A DNA stretch of 55,966 nucleotides from NCBI GenBank assembly GCA_002328565.1, contig DCUU01000019.1, positions 1 through 55,966 on the forward strand, in the 5' to 3' direction. Position numbers and translations under genes: made by a program. The DNA comes from Candidatus Moranbacteria bacterium UBA2206 (GTDB taxonomy: Bacteria; Patescibacteriota; Minisyncoccia; Moranbacterales; UBA2206). The first letter of the stretch is position 1. Every line of letters starts with the position of its first letter. This document shows positions 47,860 through 55,966 of this stretch, one piece after another. Under the pieces are notes generated by a model, which was given only the letters and a program-made list of their open reading frames with translations, ran no database searches and was not told the origin of the DNA.

Positions 47860-49316
47860 TTTGTTTGACTTAATTTTACGACGATACTAATCATTGCCAT
47901 AACCATCCAATAGAATATGGCTGTGCCTGTAAAGGAAATGTAAAGAGCAAAAAATGCTCCAAATATCGCCACTATGCCAAAGCCTGCTACTGCGAGTAGT
48001 ATCTGTCTATTCTTTTCGTTTTTTCGCAAAGCTGTCCACAAATCTTTTGCCAGATAACAATGAAAGATTAAAAACGGCACAAAGCCAATAATGCCGACTT
48101 GAATCAAGATACTTAGTATATCGTTGTGAATGTTTCGCACATCCACCAAATCCAAAAAGTTGTTATAATCCAGGAAAATCTTTTTCCCCAGTCCAATGCC
48201 AAGGATCTGCGATTTCAGATATTCTTGACTAGCACTTTGCCAAGCTGACAATCTCCAACCAGCGGCGCTTTCCATTTCATAGCTGGTTTGAGTGAGAGTT
48301 TGGGCGCGCTTAACTATCGAAGATACCAAAGTGCTATTATTCAAAAAATCAATCTCTTTTCCGGACAAAAGAAGTATCCATAAGAAAAAAATCAGAATGA
48401 AAAATCCCAAAAAAGCTAGTTTTGAAAATTGTTGCAAGATGTTTTTCTTTTCACTTTTTCGCATAAAAAGCCACATAGCAAAAAGTGCGCAAAGAAAACC
48501 CAACCAGAGATGGCGAAACATACTGCCAATCACGCCCGCTGTTTGGATGACAAAAATTATCCCAGTGGAAAATTTATTGCGAAAATAATCATTATACGCA
48601 AGGCCAACAAAAAGTAGAATGAGTGAAAAAGTCAGGTAGTAAGTGTGCAAACCGGAAAGATAACGTAGTCCGGGAGTGCTTTCGGTCCAAAGTCCTTTGC
48701 CCGCCAAAAATCCCCAAAAAACGAAACCAATGATAAGTAGTCCCCCAAAAAACAAAACTCGCAAAATTCTAAATATTTCTTTCCAAGAAGAAAACAAATT
48801 CAAAGCAAGAAAATAAATGAGTAAATAGGCATAGTTTTTGAAAGTACCAATTGCCAAAGTCAAATCTGTTTGCAAAAAAATGCTTCGCAACAAGGAAAAA
48901 AACAACACCAGAAAAAATATACTCAGCCAGATGTTTTTTCTATCAAAGATATCTAGAGATAATTTTCGTTGCATAATTTTTGCTTGCAAAAACCAAAAAG
49001 CAAAAATCAAAAACATTGCCAAATCCATCGCGTATAATTTGTAGACTTGTTTGCCAATTTGCACTGGTAAAAGAGAAAAACTTTCTCCAAAAATCATAAC
49101 AGTAAGCATGATGCCCAAAATTCCAGCTCGCGGAGAATCCCAAATTATGATAGAAACGCAAAAAAAGAAAATTAGAAAAATGAGAAAATTATTGCCTAAA
49201 AAAAGATAGTTTAATGTTAGAAATGAAAAAAACAAGAAAACCAAGCCGATTTTCAGATCAGTTTGGTCGGTTTTTATGATATTTTTGAAAATGTTGTTCA
49301 TTTGGCTGGTTGTCAT
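47856..49316 (-). CDS. O-antigen ligase/polymerase (Wzy_C) family protein
   Basis: About 12 TMs, R..W, GIGLG, HNDILSILIQVGIIG; start may be 49301. Confidence 0.85.
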   Translation of the reverse strand: MTTSQMNNIFKNIIKTDQTDLKIGLVFLFFSFLTLNYLFLGNNFLIFLIFFFCVSIIIWDSPRAGILGIMLTVMIFGESFSLLPVQIGKQVYKLYAMDLAMFLIFAFWFLQAKIMQRKLSLDIFDRKNIWLSIFFLVLFFSLLRSIFLQTDLTLAIGTFKNYAYLLIYFLALNLFSSWKEIFRILRVLFFGGLLIIGFVFWGFLAGKGLWTESTPGLRYLSGLHTYYLTFSLILLFVGLAYNDYFRNKFSTGIIFVIQTAGVIGSMFRHLWLGFLCALFAMWLFMRKSEKKNILQQFSKLAFLGFFILIFFLWILLLSGKEIDFLNNSTLVSSIVKRAQTLTQTSYEMESAAGWRLSAWQSASQEYLKSQILGIGLGKKIFLDYNNFLDLVDVRNIHNDILSILIQVGIIGFVPFLIFHCYLAKDLWTALRKNEKNRQILLAVAGFGIVAIFGAFFALYISFTGTAIFYWMVMAMISIVVKLSQTK

Positions 49317-49342
49317 TCCCGTGAAAACGGGAATCTAGTGTA
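49311..49342. repeat. REP-like unit
   Basis: tgtcattcccgtgaaaacgggaatctagtgta. Confidence 0.8.
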
Positions 49343-49405
49343 AAAAATTAATAATTCAGAAATGACAATGTAATAAAGATGACCTATATTTATAGCATAA
49401 ATCAG

Positions 49406-49449
49406 AAAAAAAAGCAAGCCCCGAAGTCCTTGTTAGGACGACGGGGCTC
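49406..49449 (-). terminator. Intrinsic terminator of the 49492-50091 gene
   Basis: gagccccg...cggggcttgc followed by T run on minus strand. Confidence 0.7.
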
Positions 49450-49491
49450 GGGTTGTTATAGCTGGAATCCCAGCCTGAGATTTTTTGGGTT

Positions 49492-50091
49492 TTATTTAAT
49501 TCTGAACCCGTAGGATCTGTCGGAGCGTTGGGCGAGCTCGACCAGTCCAAACAAACAATAGATCTTATTAATTACTGATCCAGGTTTGTCGATTGCCAAC
49601 TCATACTTCAGGCCTGCCCAAGTGGTGGCCAACAGAGTAATAAACTCGCCGGGGTTGGCGGCGAAAACTCGCCGAACAACCAAACACCCTCCGTCCGTCC
49701 AGAAATAAGCTTGGGCCTTAATGAGCTTGCCAGGGCTCATTCTTTCCGTTTCAATGTTTTCAATTTTATCAGAAAGCACAAGAAGCGGATCCGTATAGGT
49801 CACTTTTCTTGTCTCTTCTACCCAGCTGGGAAATCCAGCTGGGAAACGAAAGTCGATCGTCACCATCCGATAATACTGGCCAGGTACTGATGCAACTGTA
49901 ATCTTGATCGTCGCGCAACCTATGCAGGTTGCGCAAGCCCCTGATCCTGACGCCGAGGCTGATGCGCTGGACGAAGCTGACGTGCTGGCCGAGTTTGCGG
50001 TGGCTTCAGCTGAGACTTCCGCCGCAATTGCCGTTGAGAATGAAAGAAACAGGTAAAAAATTATTGCAATAAGGGGTGCGTATTTTTTCAT
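49492..50091 (-). CDS. Secreted hypothetical protein with Ser/Ala-rich segment and CxxCxxC
   Basis: Signal peptide (AIA), SASASASGSGACATCIGC; AGGAGG SD. Confidence 0.75.
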   Translation of the reverse strand: MKKYAPLIAIIFYLFLSFSTAIAAEVSAEATANSASTSASSSASASASGSGACATCIGCATIKITVASVPGQYYRMVTIDFRFPAGFPSWVEETRKVTYTDPLLVLSDKIENIETERMSPGKLIKAQAYFWTDGGCLVVRRVFAANPGEFITLLATTWAGLKYELAIDKPGSVINKIYCLFGLVELAQRSDRSYGFRIK

Positions 50092-50202
50092 GGTTAATTC
50101 CTCCTGGATTTTTTTGGGATTTTAATCCCGATTATTTTTTCTATTATTAACACTCGCCAATGATTAGTTTTTTCGCCTCCTTTCACTCTAGTTGTTTTTT
50201 AT

Positions 50203-50254
50203 TGTCATTCCCGCGAAAATTTACTAATTTTAGTAGGTTTTCGTGGAAATGACA
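50203..50254. repeat. REP-like hairpin with TGTCAT/ATGACA ends
   Basis: tgtcattcccgcgaaaa...ttttcgtggaaatgaca. Confidence 0.75.
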
Positions 50255-50306
50255 ATTTTATTCAGTTGTTAAATAACTTCTTTGATAACATTAGTCTATA
50301 CTAATA

Positions 50307-51008
50307 TTACTTTTTATTCAATCTTTCCTTCCAATATTCACTATTGGCGTCCAGAGCTTCTAGTGGATAAAATTCAATAGTTCCGTTCTCTTTTTTGTTC
50401 ATATTTGGAATTTTGTAGATTGCCCACATAAAAACCAAAATCATTCCAATGAGAAATCCAGCCAAGCTAGCTAGGATAATTTTTGAAACAGAAGGATTTT
50501 TTTCGGTGATTGGTCCAGAAAGAATTTGAATTTTGAGATTCTGTTTTTCACCTAGAAACATTGAATTTTTGTTGATCAATACATCCAACACTCCGCTGGA
50601 AATATCTTCGGCTTGACGAGCAGTATCACCGAAAACTTCCAAGCTCAAGATGCCAGCAGTTGAATTTTTTTTGATACCAATTGTTTTTTGCCAAGTATTT
50701 AACTTTTGAGCTTGATTATTTGAGAATAAACCGGCGGAAATTTTTCCCGTGGCAATTGTTTCATCTAGAAATTTTTCACTATGAATAGTTTGCGACAAGA
50801 TATTGGACAAATAGTCAGCACTGCGACTCATGGCATAATAATCCACCACTCCTTCTTGATTTTGCACAATCAAAATATCCGTGTTTGAACGAAAACTTTT
50901 TTGTGTGACAATGAGAATTAGAAATGAAATTGCACCCAAAAACAGTCCCGCTAAAATGGCGGTTCCAAGGTACTTTTTGGCTAATTTAAGCGTATTTTCA
51001 AGTTCCAT
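50307..51008 (-). CDS. Wzz/CapA (YveK-like) chain-length determinant
   Basis: Two TMs, DYY...SA, SEKFLDE; start ATG 51008. Confidence 0.72.
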   Translation of the reverse strand: MELENTLKLAKKYLGTAILAGLFLGAISFLILIVTQKSFRSNTDILIVQNQEGVVDYYAMSRSADYLSNILSQTIHSEKFLDETIATGKISAGLFSNNQAQKLNTWQKTIGIKKNSTAGILSLEVFGDTARQAEDISSGVLDVLINKNSMFLGEKQNLKIQILSGPITEKNPSVSKIILASLAGFLIGMILVFMWAIYKIPNMNKKENGTIEFYPLEALDANSEYWKERLNKK

Positions 51009-51044
51009 AGAGTTGTTATTTTGTTGATTATTTTTTAACTTCGA

Positions 51045-51073
51045 AGTATAGCAGAGAATATATTTTTTGTCAA
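51045..51073 (-). promoter_or_regulatory. Sigma70 extended -10 promoter
   Basis: TTGACA-N17(...TGC)-TATACT. Confidence 0.7.
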
Positions 51074-51482
51074 ACAAAAACGACGGCTTCCAATTTGGAA
51101 TACCGTCGTCCGTATGTTTACCTTTCTACAATGAGAAAGGATTTTTTTCGAATTCATAGCCTACATCTTTTTTCTTTTTATCCCCGATTTGTAATTTGCA
51201 AGATCAGTATGTCCGATTGACTACAATTTGTAGTTTTTTAGGTTTCCAATTTGGAATACCGTATCAATCGTTTTCAAGAAAAAAACATAAACCGTTTGTA
51301 CTACGCTCAAAAATTAACTTCCAATCAATTTTGGCAAATTTTTCCACAGATTGTGGCTCGACCGATTTTTTCCAGTTTGGAAAAAAGCCGATTTTTGCTT
51401 ACCTTGATTTTCTTTTAATTTTGAGTTTGGAGCCCGAGCCGTTTTTGCTGGCTCGGGCTCCCCGAAGTTCTGCGATTAGTTT

Positions 51483-52433
51483 TTAGGCTTTTCGCAGTTC
51501 TCCAGTCGAAAGCAGATGATCGATGAGATTTTTTTGAATTTGATCACAGGTCGGCTTTTCATATTCCTTCATTGCCGACTTGCAACTTTTCATCAAATCT
51601 TTTTCCTCCGCATATGTTGCTCGTACCGTCTGCGAAGGATTGGACGGTTCGTCGCCGGGGTCAACTTTCGGGGCAAAAATTGAAACAAATTTTCCTCGAT
51701 TGTTGACAGAAGCATTGTATGAATATTCCTGTCCGGCGACTGTGAAATGGAGCGTGAATGGGTCGGGCTTGACGACGCCCTTGATTTCCGATATCTCTTC
51801 GGCGATTTCAGAAAGTCTCCCATTCACGTCTGAGATTCCTTCTTTAGTCTCGGAAATTTCTTGGGCGATTCTGCCATCATTCATTTCTTGGATGACAGCT
51901 TTTTGGCTACGATTGATTCGAGTCATAATCGCCCAAATTGAACCCAGAAAGCCGATGACTAATATAATAATTAACAGAGTCATACCCATCAGAAAATAAA
52001 TGCTGAGGTCAGAAGTGGCCTCTTTATTTTCTTCGGCCGCGGTTTTTGCATCAATCGCATTTGTTGCCGCGGTTTCGGCAGCAGTCTTTGCGCCAGTCGC
52101 ATTTGTTGCCGCCGATTCTGCTGCGATTTTTGCCTCTTCGCTGTTGCTTACCGCTTTTTGGGTGGTGGCATTAGCGATTTCGGCCGCAATCTGTGCTGCT
52201 TCTGAGGCACTCTTCGCCTCTTCAGCAGACTTTTTTGCATTTCCGATCTTGACGGATATCCAGTCCGTCTCTTTTTTGATTTTTTTCGCGAGGCGATTCA
52301 TTGCCTCGTTTACTTGATTTTTTGTTACTCCGGGAGCGGCCGGCACCGAAAGGTTTCCATTACTCTCGAATGCCGAAGCACTCGATACGGAAAAAATCAC
52401 CAACGCGATAATAACAATCATTTTTTTGTTCAT
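51483..52433 (-). CDS. Single-pass membrane protein with Ala-rich coiled-coil ectodomain
   Basis: Signal peptide, AKxAAExAATNA 14-aa repeats, TM, cytoplasmic coil; GGAGG SD. Confidence 0.8.
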   Translation of the reverse strand: MNKKMIVIIALVIFSVSSASAFESNGNLSVPAAPGVTKNQVNEAMNRLAKKIKKETDWISVKIGNAKKSAEEAKSASEAAQIAAEIANATTQKAVSNSEEAKIAAESAATNATGAKTAAETAATNAIDAKTAAEENKEATSDLSIYFLMGMTLLIIILVIGFLGSIWAIMTRINRSQKAVIQEMNDGRIAQEISETKEGISDVNGRLSEIAEEISEIKGVVKPDPFTLHFTVAGQEYSYNASVNNRGKFVSIFAPKVDPGDEPSNPSQTVRATYAEEKDLMKSCKSAMKEYEKPTCDQIQKNLIDHLLSTGELRKA

Positions 52434-52443
52434 TTCGAACCTC

Positions 52444-53898
52444 CTATTTTTTGAATCCGTTTGATATATTTGTTATTTCTTTGTCTTGGGCGAAAGCAAT
52501 CGCAGCATTTGGCCCAGAAATTTCAACGATACATCCGCCCCACCAATAATAAACATCCGCCAGAAGCTTGTCTGCTTCGGTCTGGTGGGTCGAGATGTCT
52601 TTTCCTTGCTGATAATTTTCTTCGGCGAGTTTGAAATCCTTGATCGCCTCAGAATAATATCCGTTCTCGCCTGTGCAAAGCGCGAGGTCGATATACTTCC
52701 CAGCCTTTTGAAATCGCAGACCCATGTTGTTATAACTCCATTTTGTGCAGTTAGAGATTTTAACTTCAAGGTCTTTAATATCCTTGCGGATCGCGTCTGC
52801 GTCGCAGGCCGGCTTTTGCGGAGGGATTTCTTCCTCCACGATTTCTGCCGTTGGCGCGGACACTGTAAGTCCGCAAACTTCCATTCCTGCCGGCGGGTCG
52901 GTCGGGCCATCGCCAAATGCTCGAACAAGAACCCCATAAACCTCCTCGTTCTTTGCAGATGTTTTTCCAATCAACCCACCAAGACCGACTGCTCCAGCAG
53001 CAGCATCTCCATCTTTTCCACCAAGTAGAGAACCTGCCGCTCCAGATCCAATAGATAAACCGCTAGCGGATGGATTTGTGTATACTTTTTTCCACACAAC
53101 CACCCTTTTCGCATTTACATCTTTTTTGGCTGCCAAGAGAGCATGTCCCAGAACCGCACCCCATGCAATAGGGTCGTCCGATTCATATCGGAACTCACCC
53201 AAATACTGAGCGGTTGGTTCCGGCATAAAATCAAGCCGAAAAAGCGGTGAGTCATCGAATTCGTCAGCTTTTTCAACCATCAAGCTTTTTGAAATGCCTG
53301 ATGAAAAGAATCCACCAGCCTCTTTCGACATAATCTCCAGTTGTTTTTTTGTTAGTGTTTTTAAGAATGGGTCGCAAATATACATCTCCCATTCTTTCGA
53401 AGGTGGTGATACAATGGCATTAAGAAACGAGCCACTTGGACCTGTAGGGGCGTTGATATGCCCCCGCTTGTTTTCAGGAGCAACATAGATATTTTTATTC
53501 TCTATGCTTTGGTCGCCTTCAACGCCTTTTACGGTCGTTTCAGACTTGGCGGTGGTATCCCCGATATTCGCCGACGCATCGGCATCAGCGGTCGTATTAC
53601 CAACGCTTCCGCCGGTAACATTACCGACAGTTGCCGTGGTGTTGCCGACAGTTGCTTTGGCGTCTCCGCCTTCGCCACCCTTGCCACCGGCTCCACCTTG
53701 GCCACCTGTGGCACAAGAGCTCGTCTTTTGCCATTGCTCCATTGCTTGATCCTGATTATTTATGGCGTTTCCGCCTGTTGCGTTAACGTTATTTACGGAC
53801 TCATTTGAGACGTCCACTTCTACGTCGTCCGCGAAAGTAAAACTCGCGGAGAAAACCATAGCCAAAACTGCCAGAACTACCATCAACATTTTTTTCAT
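52444..53898 (-). CDS. Secreted protein with Gly/Thr/Asn-rich repeats, glycine-zipper-like segment and helical C-terminus
   Basis: Signal peptide (TFA), ATGG/ATVGN repeats; AGGAGG SD. Confidence 0.82.
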   Translation of the reverse strand: MKKMLMVVLAVLAMVFSASFTFADDVEVDVSNESVNNVNATGGNAINNQDQAMEQWQKTSSCATGGQGGAGGKGGEGGDAKATVGNTTATVGNVTGGSVGNTTADADASANIGDTTAKSETTVKGVEGDQSIENKNIYVAPENKRGHINAPTGPSGSFLNAIVSPPSKEWEMYICDPFLKTLTKKQLEIMSKEAGGFFSSGISKSLMVEKADEFDDSPLFRLDFMPEPTAQYLGEFRYESDDPIAWGAVLGHALLAAKKDVNAKRVVVWKKVYTNPSASGLSIGSGAAGSLLGGKDGDAAAGAVGLGGLIGKTSAKNEEVYGVLVRAFGDGPTDPPAGMEVCGLTVSAPTAEIVEEEIPPQKPACDADAIRKDIKDLEVKISNCTKWSYNNMGLRFQKAGKYIDLALCTGENGYYSEAIKDFKLAEENYQQGKDISTHQTEADKLLADVYYWWGGCIVEISGPNAAIAFAQDKEITNISNGFKK

Positions 53899-54090
53899 AC
53901 TTCCTCCTCGGGCTTTTCGCCCTCTTCTTATTGTTTTTATTGTTTGTTTTGTGATTATTGATTATATGAACCCGAGCTTTTAAATAAAGACTCAAGGATT
54001 ATTTGTCAATGTTCAGTCGTAGCTTATCATGACACTATTTTTAATTATTTTTAATTAAAAAAAGTGTAAGGATAATGATTTATGTCATTT

Positions 54091-54117
54091 AGATGCTGAA
54101 ACGAGTTCAGCATGACA
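54091..54117. repeat. Single REP-like unit
   Basis: agatgctgaaacgagttcagcatgaca. Confidence 0.8.
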
Positions 54118-54145
54118 ATTTTTAGAGCACAATATTTAACTAACT

Positions 54146-54174
54146 ATACTAGCAGAAAATAGCTATTTTGTCAA
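54146..54174 (-). promoter_or_regulatory. Sigma70 extended -10 promoter upstream of the 53898 operon
   Basis: TTGACA-aaatagctattttctgc-TAGTAT. Confidence 0.65.
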
Positions 54175-54187
54175 GTTTTGAAAAGTT

Positions 54188-55048
54188 TTATTTTTGCAAC
54201 TGCGCTTTGACGATAAGTCGGCGAAAGTTTGTGCCGATTGGCCAACAAGTAGAAAGAGTGAGAATTGGATTGTCGGAATTTTCAAAAATTCTGGCATCAT
54301 TTGGAACTGTCACAAATTTCTCGCTAACGACATAGCGGTAAATAATAATTTTTCCATTTTTTTGAAAAGTAGTAGTGGTGATAACATCACCTTTTTCTAA
54401 ATTATCCAAATCCTTGAAAACATGATTATAATCCCCTTTTGCCCAAAGATAGTTACTTGAATGACCGGAAACAATCATATTCCCTTTTTGTCCTGGGGCA
54501 GAAGTTTTGAGATAGTGCCCCAAACCATTTTCAAGTTCTCTCAGCATATCTGATTCTTTTTCACTTTTTGACCAAATCATCGGTGCTGAAATTGCAATTT
54601 TAGCAATGGAAATCTCCACTCGCGGTTTGATGTTGCTGTCCCCCGGAGCATCTGGATCATATCCATTGGTAATTTCGGCTTTGTCCGAATAGCTGTCCTT
54701 GTCAGTATCTTTTGCCAAAGGATTGGTGCCATAAACATATTCCAGATAGTTTGCCAAATCATCACTATCAGGATCTTGATCAAGTCCAGAGTTAGAAGTA
54801 TTCAATCCGAGACGCATTGCCCAAGCTGAATAACTTTCCACAGATATGTCTGTCGAACCTAATCGTTTTTTTATCTCCTCATCCAAATTCAAACCAACCA
54901 ATGATTGTGTAGTTGATTTGTTTTTTGAATTCGGCTTAAAATCAAAATTAACTAGATAGAATAAGCCGATAAAGATTGATATAAAAAGACAGCTGAAAAG
55001 AAGAGAACCTATCCAACTGCCTTTTATTTTTTGCCAAAATTCACGCAT
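54188..55048 (-). CDS. Sortase (class D/E-like) with DxDxD Ca-binding-type repeats
   Basis: N-terminal TM; GNMIVSGH, LTLSTCWP, downstream R (His-Cys-Arg triad); DPDSDD..E...GTNP..DTDKD. Confidence 0.9.
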   Translation of the reverse strand: MREFWQKIKGSWIGSLLFSCLFISIFIGLFYLVNFDFKPNSKNKSTTQSLVGLNLDEEIKKRLGSTDISVESYSAWAMRLGLNTSNSGLDQDPDSDDLANYLEYVYGTNPLAKDTDKDSYSDKAEITNGYDPDAPGDSNIKPRVEISIAKIAISAPMIWSKSEKESDMLRELENGLGHYLKTSAPGQKGNMIVSGHSSNYLWAKGDYNHVFKDLDNLEKGDVITTTTFQKNGKIIIYRYVVSEKFVTVPNDARIFENSDNPILTLSTCWPIGTNFRRLIVKAQLQK

Positions 55049-55079
55049 AATTTTTTTTGAAAACTTTCAAAAGCTGGAA

Positions 55080-55610
55080 TTATTTGGCAAACTTTTTATA
55101 TGCATATTTCATTCCAAAAGCTACTGCGCCTGAGATAGCAAGAAGTGTAGCTAGTCCCGTAGCTGAGCTTCCTGTAGCTGGCAAGCTCTTATCGCCAATA
55201 GCGATTTTTCGATAAGTTTTTCCATCTCGATAGGTATAATGATTTCTATCATCACCATTATTGTCGCCGTCATTATCAACATCAATTTCTATCTCCGTTT
55301 TTGAGCTTTGACTAACAGAAGCACTTCCTCCTGTAGCTGATTGAGATTGTGATTGAGACTGGGATTGTGATTGTGACCCAGAACCTCCGCCAGAGCAAGA
55401 AGAGCATATTCCAGATCCGCTTCCTTGTTTTTGCACTTGACTTTGGCTTTGTGATTGCGATTGTTTAGCGCTTCCTCCTGTGGCAGTCACATTATTGGTG
55501 GATTTATTCTCCACATCAATAGAGACATCGGCAAAGGCAGTGCTAGCTATAAACAAAAGTGTGCTCATAAGTGCCACGGTTGTTTTTGTGCGTTTAATGC
55601 TTTTTTTCAT
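55080..55610 (-). CDS. LPXTG-anchored low-complexity (SQ-repeat) surface protein
   Basis: Signal peptide (AFA); LPATG + hydrophobic helix + KYAYKKFAK tail; immediately upstream of sortase. Confidence 0.85.
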   Translation of the reverse strand: MKKSIKRTKTTVALMSTLLFIASTAFADVSIDVENKSTNNVTATGGSAKQSQSQSQSQVQKQGSGSGICSSCSGGGSGSQSQSQSQSQSQSATGGSASVSQSSKTEIEIDVDNDGDNNGDDRNHYTYRDGKTYRKIAIGDKSLPATGSSATGLATLLAISGAVAFGMKYAYKKFAK

Positions 55611-55684
55611 ATAATTTAAAAAATAATTAGCCTATTAATAATACATTAGAATCGGAATATTCTTCTATTAGTAATTAATGGCGA

Positions 55685-55713
55685 ATACTAGCAGAAAATA
55701 AGATATTTGTCAA
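55685..55713 (-). promoter_or_regulatory. Sigma70 extended -10 promoter of LPXTG-sortase operon
   Basis: TTGACA-aatatcttattttctgc-TAGTAT. Confidence 0.7.
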
Positions 55714-55775
55714 ATACTGGAGGATGTAGTATAATTTTAAGTATAAATTAGTTATTAATAATCTTTAAAACAAAA

Positions 55776-55966
55776 ATGGAACTAAAAGAAAAATTAGTTG
55801 AGATGGAAAAAATTAATCTCACCTACAATCGTGGAAAAGACAATGCTTTTCAATCGTTATTTGATGTTAATCTCACAATCAAAAAAGGAGAGTTTGTGGT
55901 GATTCTTGGACCTTCTGGTTGTGGAAAATCATCCCTCCTAAATATCATTGCCGGACTAGAAGAGCC
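55776..55966 (+). CDS. ABC transporter ATP-binding protein (partial, runs off window)
   Basis: MELKEK...[28 protein letters not shown] Walker A. Confidence 0.9.
   Translation, partial: MELKEKLVEMEKINLTYNRGKDNAFQSLFDVNLTIKKGEFVVILGPSGCGKSSLLNIIAGLEE

Noticed and set aside
51085-51262. Mini CRISPR array from the 19-bp direct repeat
   Set aside because: Only two copies about 155 bp apart, with no regular spacers.
51196-51486. 96-aa + strand ORF
   Set aside because: TTG start, no recognisable motif, runs through hairpins antisense to the operon; probably spurious.
51483-52433. Prophage tail-fibre gene
   Set aside because: The Ala-rich repeats are superficially similar, but the protein has a signal peptide and TM and no phage genes are nearby.
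52473-53808. Several overlapping alternative-frame ORFs
   Set aside because: Expected by-products of the locally higher GC; only the 484-aa frame has an SD and signal peptide.
1-55966. Alternative genetic code (UGA=Gly/Trp)
   Set aside because: Core genes are full length under code 11 and several end in TGA; only one internal TGA was found.

Overview
AT-rich bacterial chromosomal window, standard genetic code 11 (TGA is used as a stop in several core genes). Gene content and style point to a Patescibacteria/CPR (Parcubacteria, Moranbacteria-like) genome: archaeal-type PyrH, DUF4012, DUF5652, YerC-like and PEGA proteins, LCP + TagA + sortase, and mostly Shine-Dalgarno-less genes. That assignment is inference. 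The window holds housekeeping genes (rplI, pyrG, rpmA, pyrH, rrf2-iscS-iscU, gltX, priA-def-fmt, obgE, yidD, corA, cysS, dus, dnaB, recR, rplU), two cell-surface polysaccharide regions, a NUDIX/MazG/HIT cluster and a free-standing LAGLIDADG gene. I found no rRNA, tRNA, CRISPR array or transposase. Most notable: (1) a sortase + LPATG-substrate locus whose substrate shares a gapless 34-aa N-terminal module (19/34 identical) and a near-identical promoter with a neighbouring secreted protein that has no anchor, a candidate surface polymer system; (2) several families of palindromic or heptamer repeats that invade coding sequences in frame, including two copies of one element inside dus; (3) a TrpR/YerC-like gene bracketed by inverted copies of an ACTACC-N14-GGTAGT motif that recurs elsewhere; (4) unannotated small ORFs, including a CysRS-C-terminus-like mini-protein and a PQ-loop-like gene broken by TGA; (5) two candidate structured non-coding regions.
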